64,000 nt of DNA from Tubiluchus corallicola (Eukaryota > Animalia > Priapulida): contig JAQGDQ010000166.1 in assembly GCA_030141605.1 (NCBI GenBank), forward strand, positions 378,570 to 442,569, written 5' to 3'. The position numbers and the translations under genes are program-made. This document shows positions 11,859-26,461 of the stretch, in pieces (the stretch's first letter is position 1; the number at the start of each line of letters is the position of its first letter). Under the pieces are notes generated by a model. It saw only the letters and a program-made list of their open reading frames with translations. It did no database searches and was not told the origin of the DNA.

Positions 11859-12630
11859 ACCCGTAAAGAAGCTACCTCACAGTTGAATAGCCTGTCTTTC
11901 CACATGTAATGGGCGTAAATTAGCTTCCATGGTATAAAACTGTGATCCGTTCTATATGAGCACCGTTATCTACTCAAATTCTGAGTATATAACGGGGGGG
12001 GTTCAGACGAGCGAGTTCAGACTTGGATCCACCAAGGTCCCATTCTTTTCCAGTCACAAATATTCTGTAGTCGCCATCTCCCTGACAAGACTGATTTCAT
12101 TCTCCTAGTGTTTTTGGAAACTGAACTTTGCAAGTGTGCTGTACATTCCATATCAATTTATGACCTTCATGGTAAAGGTATTTTGCCAAGTAACTCGACA
12201 AGTAACTCACAAGCGCGTTTATACTAGAGAGATTAGCTTACTGCGAGTTACTCACCGACAGTAAAAGCGAGCTGACACTCACTTCTCTATTCTCAGCGAG
12301 AAGTGTCGAGAGTAACTCGTCAGGTAACTCACAAGCATGTTTAGACTAGAGAGATTAACTTGCTGCGAGTTACTCTTTGACAGTATGGGCCAGCTGACAC
12401 TTGCTTCTCTATTCACTGCGTCAGGTGTCGACATCAACTCGCAAAGTAACCCGTCAGGTAACTCACAAGCGTGTTTAGACTACAGAGAAAAGCTTACTGC
12501 GAATTACTCTCCGACAGATGACACTCAGTTCTCTACTCACTGTGAGAAGTATCAAAAGTAACTCGCATAGGCGTTCACACTAGCCAATAAATCAACTAGC
12601 AGCAACTGTCAGAGAATTTGAAGTAACTAG

Positions 12631-13418
12631 TCGTATATATTAATTCTACTGGTATGGGCTTAATATATTTATATATATATATATACATATAAGATTCGAG
12701 GCTACAGATCGGACGACGGCACCATTAGCGGAGATCTATACATCAAACGAAAGGTCTCGATCTAGTGTCGTGCCATTGTTGGTTTATTATTCGAATCGGG
12801 ACCACCGGGACGAACGAGGGGCGAAAAACCTCCAAAAAATGGCCATTTTTCTGCCGTTTTTTGCAGAAGTTATACGCCTGAGATCTGGAAAACGGGAACA
12901 AGCCATGGGTGGTGCTGGCTATGGATAGATAGCCCGTTCAGCGGTGGGTGTCATAGGCGTATTTAGAATTCGCGAGAGGGTCACGGCGTCCCGTAACGGG
13001 CGTTTTCCCAGACCCAACTCGAGATTTTTTGAAATTTTGGTCAAACAACATGCGGAAAAACGTTCTAGCGGCGCCTGGTAGGACTCTCGAAAGGAGATAC
13101 ATAGCTCTTTAGAAGAGGAAGAACAGGGCTACACGATGATGTGGCTATATGTTAGGTCAGGTCCACCAAGAGGAGTGAGGACGAGTTAATTAGATGTTCT
13201 ATTTTCGGCAATTTTCGCTTGGAAAACTGCTGACGCAAAGCTATTGTTCTGACCATAAAGTCATTCATTATACTCTGTCTATAACCTTATAGCTTTAACT
13301 CAGTAAAAGCTGCTGGCTTTGCGTTAGATAAACAGACAAACACTAGGTAGAATATTCGTCGCGCATTTTTGATTATAAATGTATTTATAAGCAACATTTT
13401 CTGCGGGGCCTTTGCTAG
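12631..13418 (+). mobile_element. Non-autonomous Helitron-like element, copy 2
   Basis: TCGTATATATTAATTCTACTGGT ... GCGGGGCCTTTGCTAG|T, same ends as copy 1. Confidence 0.6.
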
Positions 13419-13608
13419 TTTTTATTAATGCAGTAATGATTTTTTTATTGATGCAGAATTGATGTCAAAATATCTTTATTCAAACGCTTCTTTACTTGTG
13501 CATAAATAAACTTGTGGTAAATCTGTACTTCGAAAATTCCGTAACTTTTACTGACTTTTTCGCGGAGTTGCAGCTAATCAAGAAGAAGCAGACGGTTTTG
13601 TACATTTT

Positions 13609-13990
13609 AAGCCTTTTCGCAGTTCCAGCGATTGATGACAATCGTGAAAGGTCAAAGGTTAAGTGTACCAGACAACGTATTTGTGTACACTTGACAATGC
13701 CTCGCAGCCCTTGCTATTGTAATAGTAACAGCTAGCTAGAACCTTACCTAATTCATTTTTTCTTGTTCCCAAGCAAGATCCTGCTAGTAAATCACTCCAT
13801 GCTCAGACTAATGCATAATTAAGTAAAGTCCACGCAAAAAAACAAGTGACATTACTGAACTAATGTTGCAGATAGCTTTGCTTTACCAACACGTCACGTG
13901 GCGGTTGTCATTAAGACGCGTTGCTGTGGTACACTTAACCTTTGACCTACAGCAACTGCGCGTGTACAGAGCGAAACTGTGAAAAGGCTT
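13609..13990. mobile_element. MITE family A (about 380 bp). Other copies: 1-162, 8930-9110, 28707-29086, 46938-47304, 51190-51463, 53671-53882, 59866-60247
   Basis: TIR AAGCCTTTTC(A/G)CAGTT...AACTGTGAAAAGGCTT, often flanked by TA; 8 copies in both orientations. Confidence 0.85.
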
Positions 13991-14418
13991 ATTGTTGCGT
14001 AATCTTGTATTTTACAATGCTATAAACTGCCAGTAGGCTTTCCCTTCTTGTGACGTCACACGCAGGATTTTCTAAAGCATCACGCGATCTCTTTATCGTT
14101 TAAATTGAATTTTGTTCTGTTAGCTGGGAAAATGGATCTCCACGTGAAGTCTTGATTGTACATCAATCAACCGCGCTGCAATATAAGCTGATATTATTCC
14201 GAGTAAAGAGCAATTGTAGAGAAAGGCTTACATTATGGATCACAGGGAGTGCTTCGGCTCTCGAAACGCAATAAAGATTTTTAATAATAATTAATAATCT
14301 CGAAACGCTACGTTGTGATCGTAGTCATCGTGATCGGAAGCGAAGTCAGTTTATCAATTTCAACACGTAGTTGTAATTGTCCAGAATTCAAATGAAGTTT
14401 AACTGTGTTTAAGGGTTA

Positions 14419-15217
14419 CCGTGTTAACAAAATGGTCATTATGTAAGAAAAATGCTGCATTATGTAACAAAGATGATGCATTATGGCACAAGTCACGTGC
14501 ACCGAATTTTACGTCATTGTGCAATAATCATTATGTAACACTTTTTGCTTCACTATGTGAGGAAAACTATGAAGCAAAAAATAATGCATAGGACTGTTGA
14601 AATCTATATAGTTGGTTCTACAGTTGTAGGTGATCACAGTGTGAGTTTGGGCAGATTTTTCTTTCTGGATGTAGGTCTGGCTTCAGCTCGGCCTGACGTG
14701 TCTGAGGTATCACCTGTCTGAAGTCTGATTTTCTTGTCAGTCTGCTGTCTGATCTGCTCTAGATCCTGATTTGGCTTAGTCTGGTCTAGCAACGTTGATC
14801 TAATAGTCATAAAGGGGGAGACTAATACCAGTAGTGGTGGCGATGATGGTGGTGGTGGTGGTGCTGGTGACGGTAGTGGTGGTGGTGCTGGTGGGGGTGC
14901 TGGTGGTGGTGCTAGTGGTAGTGGTGGTGGTGATGCTGCAGGTGGTGGTGGTGCTGGTGATGGTGATGGTGGTAGTGCGTGCGTGCGCACGGAAGCGCGT
15001 GCAACTAGAGGCCCATTTATGTAAATATGTATTTTAAAACAAAAGACTAATAATCATCATATCATCATATCAACATCCACAGGCTTGACCACACTAAGCT
15101 GGAGCCTGATCCACGTCCAGACCCATCCATAGACCACGATCTACTCTACGTTGATCTGTTACATAACGTATCATTTTTATATAATAATTTGTTACATAAT
15201 GACACTTTTGTTACACG
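14419..15217. mobile_element. TIR element containing a (GGT)n tract
   Basis: CGTGTTAACAAAATGGTCATTATGTAA ... TTACATAATGACACTTTTGTTACACG. Confidence 0.6.
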
Positions 15218-16693
15218 AATGTTTCTCTTTCCTGCATTCTACTCATGCAGAGGAAGCAGAAGTTTCTGTACTTCGTACAATAATTTAGCCTGCCAACGAC
15301 ATTAGCAAATTTTTGCACAGCAGGCGTAATTCGATCCCCTTGAGCGACTAAAATGAATTTCTTAATTAATTTCTGCAATAAACTTAAGTTCAATTAGTAG
15401 GGCTATCCCCATGTCTGTAATAAAGTCCATTGTGAAAATGAAGGCTTATGAAGGCTTCCATCTTGCAAAATGGCGCCGCCAGTCTTTCTAAAATACAGGG
15501 CTGCAATAGTTTTGTGTGTTTACAAAAGTGAAGTATAGATTTTGATTTCTTTATATTCTCTCTACTGGAAAATACGCAAAACTTTGTATACATAGTGTGT
15601 GTATATGCTATGTACTAAAAGCAAAACCGGACCCAATCTTAAGCTGTAGATCAAAACAATCTACACATTAAAATATCGAAAAGATACTATTTTTTCAAAA
15701 ATGACTTACATGAAAGAATTATTATCACACAAACACAATTTCGAGTTCGCGTCGATAGTTCTTCGCTGTTACCTGCATTTCACCATTCGCTAGTTAGACG
15801 GGACCTGCACCTCCGCCTGCATTTCGGAAAGCGTTGCACAAAAAACGGGTGCTGTACCTCTCAGTTCAAATGTGTTAGTTTGTGACGAGCTGACAGCTCA
15901 TGCGTGAGCACCGTGGTAAATTGAAATTTGAATTTTTATCTTAAAACTTGCCAAGTTTTAGTATAACACACTGAATATTTTGTAGTAGCACTGTACTGAA
16001 ATTTTTGGTGTCACAAACACGTGCAAGACGCTCGTGGAATGTTTTTGATGTTAAAAATTATGTTAGTTTGTGATGTCATCATTAGTTGGGCTCGCTCGCC
16101 GCTGATTATGTGTTTTAATCTATTACTTAATCATCAGAAACGCTGTTACAGTATTATTGGTGTTAAAATGTATACTTTTTACCCGACTTGAAAATTGGGT
16201 AGTATGTGAAAAATCCTCTGTTTAACTTTAAATGCCAAACACAGTAGGCCCACATACGTTATCGTAAACCGAAACCTGCATGGCGCTGTAGATCGTCGAT
16301 AAGTGACCACAATGACAATGATTGGTTCTGACGAACCGAATTCTTGTGTCCCTTCGCAGTGGCGTAGCTAAGGGGTGAAGAGGCGACGCATTTCAGAGGG
16401 CAGTACCATGATCATCAAGTGCACGAAAAACTGATTGGGACAGAACGGTAGAAATCCAGATCACCTGACAATTTAATTCTCTGCTAGTTACTCACCATTA
16501 CAATTGTTATTATCAACAGCTGACTGTTGCTGTTGCTACTGCTAATGTTATGACGACGACGACGATGGTGATGATGATGATGGTGAGGAGGAGGAGGAGG
16601 AGGAGGAGGAGGAGGAAGAGGATGACGACGACGGGTTTGATGCTGATAATAATGATGATATTTATGATGATGACGGTGATGATGATGTTAATT

Positions 16694-16733
<40 letters not shown>

Positions 16734-18989
16734 CGATGATGATGACAACAAGAACAACAACAACAACAATAACCTTAATCAAAAACTTAATTTATCATTG
16801 AATCTAACTACAGTTTTCACTCCCCTGTCAATTTTAAATTATTTAAATTGGACATTGCTATGTCCAAACCCGTTTTATCACTGAGGAATCACCTTGCTCT
16901 CGGATTGTGAATGTGTGATTTATAACCAATCACTACGTAACACATTTTAGCAAGATTAAAATCTCCAGACCGTGTAACTCTTTACCCTGTAAAAGTGCTC
17001 TAGAATGCAACACACGACAAAAAGAAAATGTGAACAATTATTACGTAACGCTGGATGCTGTTATATGATGTTGAATTAAACACTCGAAGTAAAAAGGTCA
17101 TTAGATTCTAGTGGAATTGTGAGTGAAGTATTGATCGCCAGTACTCATTACTGTGAACAATTGATTGATAATGACTCAATACAGGCAGGTAATGTGTCAG
17201 TTTGTTCAATTGAAAGTAGATTTTTAGCTATCTGGCAGCTGAACACCCAGATAACGACGACAATGACGACGACGATGACAATGACTCAATACAGGCAGGT
17301 AATATGTCAGTTTAGTCAATTGAAAGTAGGTTTTTAGCTATATGGCGGCTGAACCAGGCGGGAATTATCAAAAATTTACGACGCCCTAGGCTGATAGTTC
17401 CGTCCCACCCCTCTGCATTGTGAATTTATGTTTGTTTATGAAATGAGCAGATTAAACAATTACTTGTAGTGTATTAAAAACACTATTTAGCTAGTTTCTG
17501 CATTGTCATTCTTAATTACATGTATTTGCTTAGTGTTTATATTCAAGCAAGCCGCTCAACATGTGTAATACCTTGCACCTGTTCGTTATCTGTCACTTAT
17601 ATAAAAGTTGTCTCTGTAACTGCCTGTGGTGTATTATAAAATGCGTCGGTTACACGAATATGAAAGTACATGTATACGCATTTTCCGAGGAGAATAAGAA
17701 TTTCCTCTAGCGCCCTAAACTATAGCCTAGTTAGTTTATTGGTTAATACGCCCCTCTCCAAAAATAAAAACTGAAAAACTTGTTAGAAGTACAGCGTGAG
17801 TTGCCTTGAAAATAGCGTCTAAGAAACGTTTTCTGTGGCAAACGGGCTAAGTTTGGTTAAAATCCCAAGGAAGATTATTTAATTTTAAAAACGGAAGGAG
17901 TGGGAAAGCTAGGAAAGAAATAACGTGTTATGTGCACAGATGATCAATTAGTGAAAAGCATGCGCAGAAATGAACTCAGTTGTAAACAAGTCCATCGATT
18001 AAGCGGTGAGTATTCCTACGTTACCAATCATCACTTATCTCAAACGAGAGAATCCCAGTCGTAATCCGTCAGAGGTCGTTTCAGTGCTTCGGCGGCACTG
18101 TACTCTCCCGTCTTTACAGAAAAATGTTGGGTATAAAATAACCAAAAAAAAAACTTTTACATTAATTAAAAAGTTAAAAGCTAAAATCATGCCAAACGTT
18201 TTGACTAGCTGCTTTAAAACTATAAGTGTTGTTTTAAACTATAAATGTTTTTATGTTCCTGCAATAAAAATTGGCCAAAAATTTCAAATCAGGATCTATA
18301 TGATTTAACAAAGAAGAAGGAATGGAGTGAAGTGATACAGAACCATCGTCTTAGATGGATTGGACACGTCATCAGATTACCACAAGATTCTTCACTTTCT
18401 ACAGCATTACATCAGGCACTAAAGCCAGGGAGGAAGCTAACAGGAGGACATCCGGATTAGACATGTAACAGGTGGATTAATTTTATATTGAAATAATTGT
18501 ATTTGATGTCACTCGCATTGGTATTTTGTTTTTAACACTATTGCATACAACAGTTAATTTGAACTAGTTATACGTAATTATTTTACTTGTATATATGATA
18601 CTTGTGTATGTATAACAATGGCAGTAAAGAATTATATTATATATATATAATATATATGGATATAATATTTTGGCAAGGAGATCAGTGAGGACAAAGAGCT
18701 TTAATAGGAAACCAACAGGTAACCAACAGGAGACTGCATCGAATGCTTACAATGTAATAGCACAGTTGAATCAATTCTAAATTACATTGTTATATGTTAA
18801 TTTGCAAGAAACTGTACTGCTTATATATTTTATCAGAAAAACTTTTTACTATCGTTATATTATTTTTATTACTAATCGTGTGAATAATCTTGACTGCTAA
18901 CACTTTTTTTTGAATTTTTTATGTACAGATATTCGAAATAAAATGATAATAATTTTATTAACATCATATACACACGTGTGTGTGTGTGT

Positions 18990-19540
<551 letters not shown>

Positions 19541-21485
19541 AATTAGCAATTATCAGCTGAGTTGCTTCATCCTATTAGCAGTCTCGCCCATGCTTCCAGG
19601 CATGCTTCAAGGACGCTGCAGACAAATTATTGAGTGCTTAAATGGCATCACAGCAGAATAGATTGCCACCGTTTAACTACGGGCCATTTGCATCATGCTG
19701 TTTCGCTGTGTTTAATCGGCCAATCATAAGAGTTGCCTTGCTGTAGCTAAAATAATAATAAGCAATAGGAGTAAATTTACTCATAATTATGAGTAAATAA
19801 TCGTTACATAGGTCTAGTAACCCTTTAAAGGACAAGAAAAGGGGTACCCGAAGTAGGTTTCAGCAAAATTGCCTTAAAAATTATATCAACTTTTATTTGT
19901 TTGTTTTCATTTTAAATCTCCCGCAATACTGTCCCGACCGCGCCATTACGTGGCGTCATATACGCACAAGGTAAATCAGGGGTTACCTAAATGTTAAATT
20001 ATGTCCCAAAAAACTAAATTATGCAAAATTATATTACTTCGCTTATCTACTTGAAAGACTTACGTAACTAGAAAAGAAAATTATTTATATGCTTTCACCA
20101 GTTGGCAAAATGACGTTGACCACCTCCAGGGGGCAGCACTCACTAACGAAAAACGTATTTTACCTTATTGACAAGATACAGTAATTTTAAATTTTATTTA
20201 GTTAGTGACGTATGCCCTACGAATGCCCTGATCATTTTTTCAAACTTTAAACAATGTTATTTAAACTTCTTTCAAATGACCTACCATCAAAGGTCATTTG
20301 ATGTTTTATACAGCGCTACTGCCAACGCAAGCCCTGTGTGCAACAAGGCAGTGTGTAAGTGGTATAAAATTTCAAGACGAATTTTTAAGCTTTATATAAG
20401 TGGAGGATTTCCTTGTGCTTTAAAGTTACGCTATGGAATGCTAGTTTAGAATACTTTTCTCTCGGGTTTTAGCACCGCAAGTCTATTCAGCTGATGAAAC
20501 CCGTTAGGGCAAATGCTTCTTCAAGAAATAAATATTATATTTTGAGACTATAAAGGGCAGTCAACGTTTTTACAGTAAAATGGAATTTATTGTCGACAGG
20601 TTTCGAGCAAAACAGTTTATTATCAAGGCATCTAAAACAAAGAAATTTATCAGAATTTAGAAACAACATCAAAATACAATTCAGTAATTAGATAGCCAAA
20701 AGATATATGATGTAACATTCTATAGATAATTTATCAATTTACCTTACAGATTACACATCTTGATTGGTATGAAACTATGCTGCACTCCACAAACAAACAA
20801 ACAAATGTGTTAATAGTAACAGAACTGCCAATATTAAGGAGCTGCCATTTTGTTACTGAATTCCACAAAACATGGTGCACTGTCGGTGTTGTACAAGCCA
20901 AGGTGCAGCTCAGCAGTAAAGAGTGCACATACTCATCTTTCTTTGTTTGTGGAGTGTAGCAATTTCTTTACTGGTCTGCTTATTCATTACCTATTTGGCT
21001 TCTGTTTAACTACTTAATTATGCATAATAGGCTCTGCCTATATAAACTGCTTGTATGTTTGTAAATTTGCTACTGATAACAGCAGCAGCTCTGTCGAAAC
21101 GTTTGGCATGATTTTGACTTTTAGCTTTTTAATGTAAAAGTTTTTAATAAAGTAGTGTTGTTTTTAAACTTCATTTTACGTTCGAATTTCGATGCTCACC
21201 GGTTCGAACGTTCGATACACACCCTTACCTAAAAATGCTGTCTGCTCGAACGGCTCGAAATTTCAGCTTCAATTTTTCAGACTCTGAAGAGTTAAAAGCT
21301 TGCAATGATTAGCTTGTAATCAAATCTGTAAGTAATCAGGAACAAACACCTGTGACAGCTCGGCTGTGTTATATTTTTTTCTGAGAATTTCGGATTCTGC
21401 GCAAAACCGCTCAACCAATCAGGAAAAAGTGTGAATTCAATCAAGCGCCAGGCGATTTGGAGTAACGGAACAAGCATTTCAACAT

Positions 21486-22282
21486 TGTTAACTTGTAAAT
21501 CTGTTCATATTCATGTAAACGCTCTGTGTAGTCTGCTTACCTGTTTGCATCTGTGTCTTGTTTACGCCAGCCGTTTTGTAAAGTGCAACTTCCTGTGAAC
21601 GCTCTGCAGGCGTTAGATTATAGTACTGAAGAGTTAGGATCACTGATCCTAAAACCGGATGTATGCTAGAAGCTGTTTACTCTAGCCAATCAGATGTTTA
21701 TTAAGATGTGCCTTATATTACTGCACTTAAAGGCCAATCAACAGCAACTTAGAAGTAGTGCCCATCACCATGGTGACTAGTCAGCAGAGGACGTTACTAT
21801 GGTGACAGATCAGCAGAGGCTCGTTGCTAGGCGTTACTAAGGATAGATCTTTTTAGATGTGTGACATAAGTTAACTAAGTTTAGCCCTTGAATTGGGGTA
21901 TATAAGGACTAGCATTATCAGCTGAATGGTAGTCAGTTTGTAGACTCAAGTGCTTTGCTATAGATTCTGCACTAGATGTTTCTCTGTCCTCTTAGACTTA
22001 TTGTGGATGTTCATCAGTGTACTTTAGGTTCAATATACTATACGATCACATATGATAAGCAAGACTTTTTGTTTTATACTTCATCACGCTAAGAAGACAA
22101 CTTCAAGCCTCGTGCATTATCACTTTGGTCTCTTTTTTAAGAAATTCTGATATAGTTGCAAGCTAAAATATAATTAATCTGTGTTTGCAATAGTAACAAT
22201 GCTACTATCTTTTATAATAATTAATACGAATAATTAATAATAAAAGTTCGGTTATTTTAAAAAGTAGCAATTGGTTGTTACA
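21486..22282 (+). mobile_element. Possible solo LTR
   Basis: TGTTA...TGTTACA ends, CCAATC boxes, TATATAA near 21899, AATAAA near 22239; no TSD found. Confidence 0.35.
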
Positions 22283-22312
22283 GCGGTACAGACTAGCGAG
22301 TTTTCTGGCCAA

Positions 22313-22760
22313 GTAACTCGCAAGCTTGTTCAGACTAGAGAGCAAAACTTGCTGCAAGTTACAAACCGATGGTAAGCACGAGCTGACACTCACTTCTCTA
22401 TTTACTGCAAGAAGTGTCGAGAGTAACTCGCAAGCTTGTTCAGACTAGAGAGCAAAACTTGCTGCAAGTTACTCCCCGATAGTAAGCATGAACTGACACT
22501 CACTTCTCTATTTACTGCAAGAAGTGTCGAGAGTAACTCGTAAGCACGTTCAGACTACAAAGCAAAACTTGCTGCAAGTTACTCTCCGATAGTAAGCGTG
22601 AACTGACACTCACTTCTCTATTTACTGCAAGAAGTGTCGAGAGTAACTCGCAAGCTTGTTCAGACTAGAGAGCAAAACTTGCTGCAAGTTACAAACCGGT
22701 AGTAAGCATGAACTGACACTCACTTCTCTATTTACTGCAAGAAGTGTCGAGAGTAACTCA
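22313..22760. repeat. 110-bp tandem repeat x4; diverged related array at about 12190-12570
   Basis: GTAACTCGCAAGCTTGTTCAGACTAGAGAG...; period 110. Confidence 0.9.
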
Positions 22761-23478
22761 TCAAAAAACACAAGAAAACGCATTACTGATCTTATTGAAA
22801 ACAGTAAGCCGATGTAGAATCAATTTACATGGTGTTAAAGAAAAACAGCACCTATTCTTAAACTATAACTCACAATCTAACCCGTAAAATACTGAAATGG
22901 AACATAATGGTTTTTTTTCAAGAATGGCTTACGTGAAAGAACTATTACCATGTTTGCGCAACTAATTCTTCGCTGTTACATGCACTTCGCCATTCGTAAG
23001 TTAGATGGCGCACCAACTAATTAACGTTGCACCACTCCTGCGTTGGAAATGCATAGCACAAAACAGGCACTGTACCTCTCAGTTCAGATGCTGTTCAGTT
23101 GTGGTGTAGTGCACACCTTCGAGAGATCATGTGTGAGCACAGCGGAAAACTTGAAATTTAAATTTTCCGAGTTTTTGTGTATCACACTGAATTTTGTACA
23201 GTAGCACTGCACTACAATTTTCACTTTCGCAAACACGTACAACACGCTCGTGGAATGTTTGTGCTGTTACAAAATTATGTTCAGTTGTGACGGCATCACT
23301 TGCTTGGCTAACACGCTGTAAATTGAGTTTAAACCTACACTTGATTATCAGAAACACTTTGACATTATTACAGATGATAAAATATATACTTTTTACCGTA
23401 CTTTAAAACAGGGTGGGATATAAAAATTCATGTTCTTTTCCTTTATCTGTCTCTTTTTTACAGGTTTGCTTAGAAATC

Positions 23479-23685
23479 ATGAATATAACGATGTCATCTC
23501 CAAAGCTTATAGGCCGAGCACCCAGTAAGAAAAACATGGAGGTTTTGTCAATAATAAAACAAACGCTTGTTGCTGATGATAAAAACCCAATAATTCAGTA
23601 TTTCGACATTGGACGCCATGTTGCTAGTGCTGGACCTGAATTAGTTTGGAAAATTTACGAGGCACACAGGAAATCCGACTTGCAG
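23479..23685 (+). CDS. SCYL2: SCYL2-like coding exon 1 (exon begins 23464)
   Basis: tttttacag acceptor; NPIIQYFDIGRHVASAGPELVWKIYEAHRKSDLQ; donor cag|gtttgt; start Met uncertain. Confidence 0.85.
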
Positions 23686-24177
23686 GTTTGTACAACAGTT
23701 CATAAATAAACCACATAACAGACTTTTTATTGTGTAGATTATCTAAAGTTTTAATTAATACACCTAAAATGATGAGATTTGAGGTGAGGTGTATGACCCA
23801 GTGGTCACGGGTCATGTTGCCAATTGCTGGACCTGAACTGGTCTGCAAAGATTTGCAGGTTTGTACAACATTTCAAAAATAAACCATAAAACGGGTTTTT
23901 ACTGTCCAGATTATCAAAAATTTTAATGTAATTAAAATTATGAGATTTGAGGTGAGAATAACCGAATGGTTACGCCAATCTGCTGTGCGACTTTGCGCCT
24001 AAAAGTGGAATATCGTAATTTCGTAAACTATAAAATTTTTACTTATACTGATTCGGGCAAGAGCAAATGATTGTTAATCCGACCAAACTGCGCATGCTCA
24101 GGAAACCAACAGAGCCATGCAGGTTTCACTTCACTGAAATGACATCACTTAAGCTTCCAAATGGGTACCATATTGGC

Positions 24178-24493
24178 GGTGTGCGGCAAAAATGGCGCAG
24201 GTAAAAATGGTACAGGAAAAAATGACACAGTAAAACTGACACAGGAAAAAATGGCACTGGAAAAAATGACACGGTAAATATGGCACAGTAAAAATGAAAT
24301 TTCACCTACTTTTCATTTGTGATATTTGCACCTGTGCCATTTTTACCTACTGTTCCATTTGTGCCATTCTTCCTGTGCCATTTTTACCTACTGTTCCGTT
24401 TGTGCCATTTTTCCTGTGCTATTTTTACCTGCTGTTCCATTTTGTGCCTTTTTCTGGTGCCATTTTTACCGTCTGTCATTTTTGTCGACAGTC
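24178..24493. mobile_element. Foldback/Mutator-like element with 15-bp repeat arms
   Basis: 9-bp near-TSD CATATTGGC/CATATGGGC; arms (AAAAATGGCACAGG)n and (CCTGTGCCATTTTT)n. Confidence 0.75.
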
Positions 24494-25094
24494 CATATGG
24501 GCTTCATAATGACTTCGCTGCATTATGCCAGTAAGACAGCTAAAAATAGCACGAATTTGTGATTGTGAATCCTGTTATGACCACTAAGTAGGTACAACAT
24601 TAAGAAGTACTAATCCTCATATTTCTGATATAACCTGACCAGAATTAGTAGCACGAAAGGCGATTAGTTGTCGATTTCGCTACGCGATGAATGGAACTTA
24701 ATGCAAAACCGGACCCAATCTGAAACTGCAAATAGTGAAAGAGAAACATACTATTTTTTCAAAAGTGATATACATGAAAGAATTCTTACCACACAAACAC
24801 AATTTCATGTTCGTTCGCGCCACTACGTGCATTTTCATTCATTCGCTGTTGCATGCATTTCGCCATTCATTAGTTAGACGGATACAAACGCGCCTGCATT
24901 TCGGAAACAGGATGCATAAAACAGGTGTTGTAGCTCTCAGTTCAGATGTGTTCGTTTGTGACGTACTGCACATGTTCGACAGCTAAATTTGAAATTTGAA
25001 TTTTTATCTTAAAACTTGCCTAGTTATAGCGGTTGATGAAATTGTGTTTGTCATTCCCAGAAATTCTCCCTACAATTTTACTTTTTCTCAACAG

Positions 25095-25255
25095 GAAGCC
25101 TCAGTGTTCGTATTTGAGAAACGAATAGCAGACAAGCTACACAAACCTAAACGTAGAGAAGTTGTGACTGACCTCCTGCGTCGTGGAGTACGTCAGTTAG
25201 AGAGAATGAAACATCCTAAAATCTTACAGTTACTGCATTCCGTTGAAGAATCGAA
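25095..25255 (+). CDS. SCYL2: SCYL2-like exon 2 (GC donor)
   Basis: EASVFVFEKRIADKLHKPKRRE...HPKILQLLHSVEES; ends AA|gcaagt, phase 2 required by exon 3. Confidence 0.88.
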
Positions 25256-25364
25256 GCAAGTATTTCTTCATTTTTAAACATAGTTTTGTTTGTCTTGAAT
25301 CAAACAGTTCATTATAACTGATACAGAGATTCTCCCCAATATACAGTACAAAATTAACGTGCTA

Positions 25365-26461
25365 GATTTACATTTGAAGTTACCATGAAGTTATAATGAA
25401 GTTAGATTTGAAGTTTCCATGAAGTTACCACAAAGTTAGATTTGAAGTTACCACCCTCTACCATGGAGTTACATTTGAAGCTACCACCCTCTACCATGGA
25501 GTTACATTCGAAGTTACCACCCTCTACTATGAAGTTACATTTAAAGATACCGTGAAGTTACCATGGAGTTACATTTGAAGCTACCACCCTCTACCATGGA
25601 GCTACATTCGAAGTTACCACCCTCTACCATGGAGTTACATTTGAAGTTACCACCCTCTACCATGGAGTTACATTTGAAGTTACCACCCTCTACCATGAAG
25701 TTACATTTGAAGTTACCACTCTCTACCATGAAGTTACATTTGAAGACACAGTGAAGTTACCATGGAGTTACATTTGAAGTTACCACCCTCTACCATGGAG
25801 TTACATTTGAAGTTACCACTCTCTACCATGAAGTTACATTTGAAGTTACCACCCTCTACCATGGAGTTACATTTGAAGTTACCACTCTCTACCATGAAGT
25901 TACATTTGAAGATACCGCGAAGTTATCATGGAGTTATATTTGAAGTTTCCACCCTCTACCATGGAGTTACATTTGAAGTTACCACCCTCTACCATGGAGT
26001 TACATTTGAAGTTACCAATCTCTACCATGAAGTTACATTTGAAGATACCGCGAAGTTATCATGGAGTTATATTTAAAGTTTCCACTCTCTACCATGGAGT
26101 TACATTTGAAGTTTCCACCCTCTACCATGGAGTTACATTTGAAGTTACCACCCTCTACCATGGAGTTACATTTGAAGTTACCAATCTCTACCATGAAGTT
26201 ACATTTGAAGTTACCACCCTCTACCATGGAGTTACATTTGAAGTTACCACTCTCTACCATGAAGTTACATTTGAAGATACCGCGAAGTTATCATGGAGTT
26301 ATATTTGAAGTTTCCACCCTCTACCATGGAGTTACATTTGAAGTTACCACCCTCTACCATGGAGTTACATTTGAAGTTACCAATCTCTACCATGGAGTTA
26401 TATTTGAAGTTTCCACCCTCTACCATGGAGTTACATTTGAAGTTACCACTCTCTACCATGG
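25365..26461. repeat. 33/34-bp minisatellite with higher-order structure
   Basis: (ATGGAGTTACATTTGAAGTTACCACCCTCTACC)n punctuated by the variant GAAGATACCGCGAAGTTATC. Confidence 0.95.
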
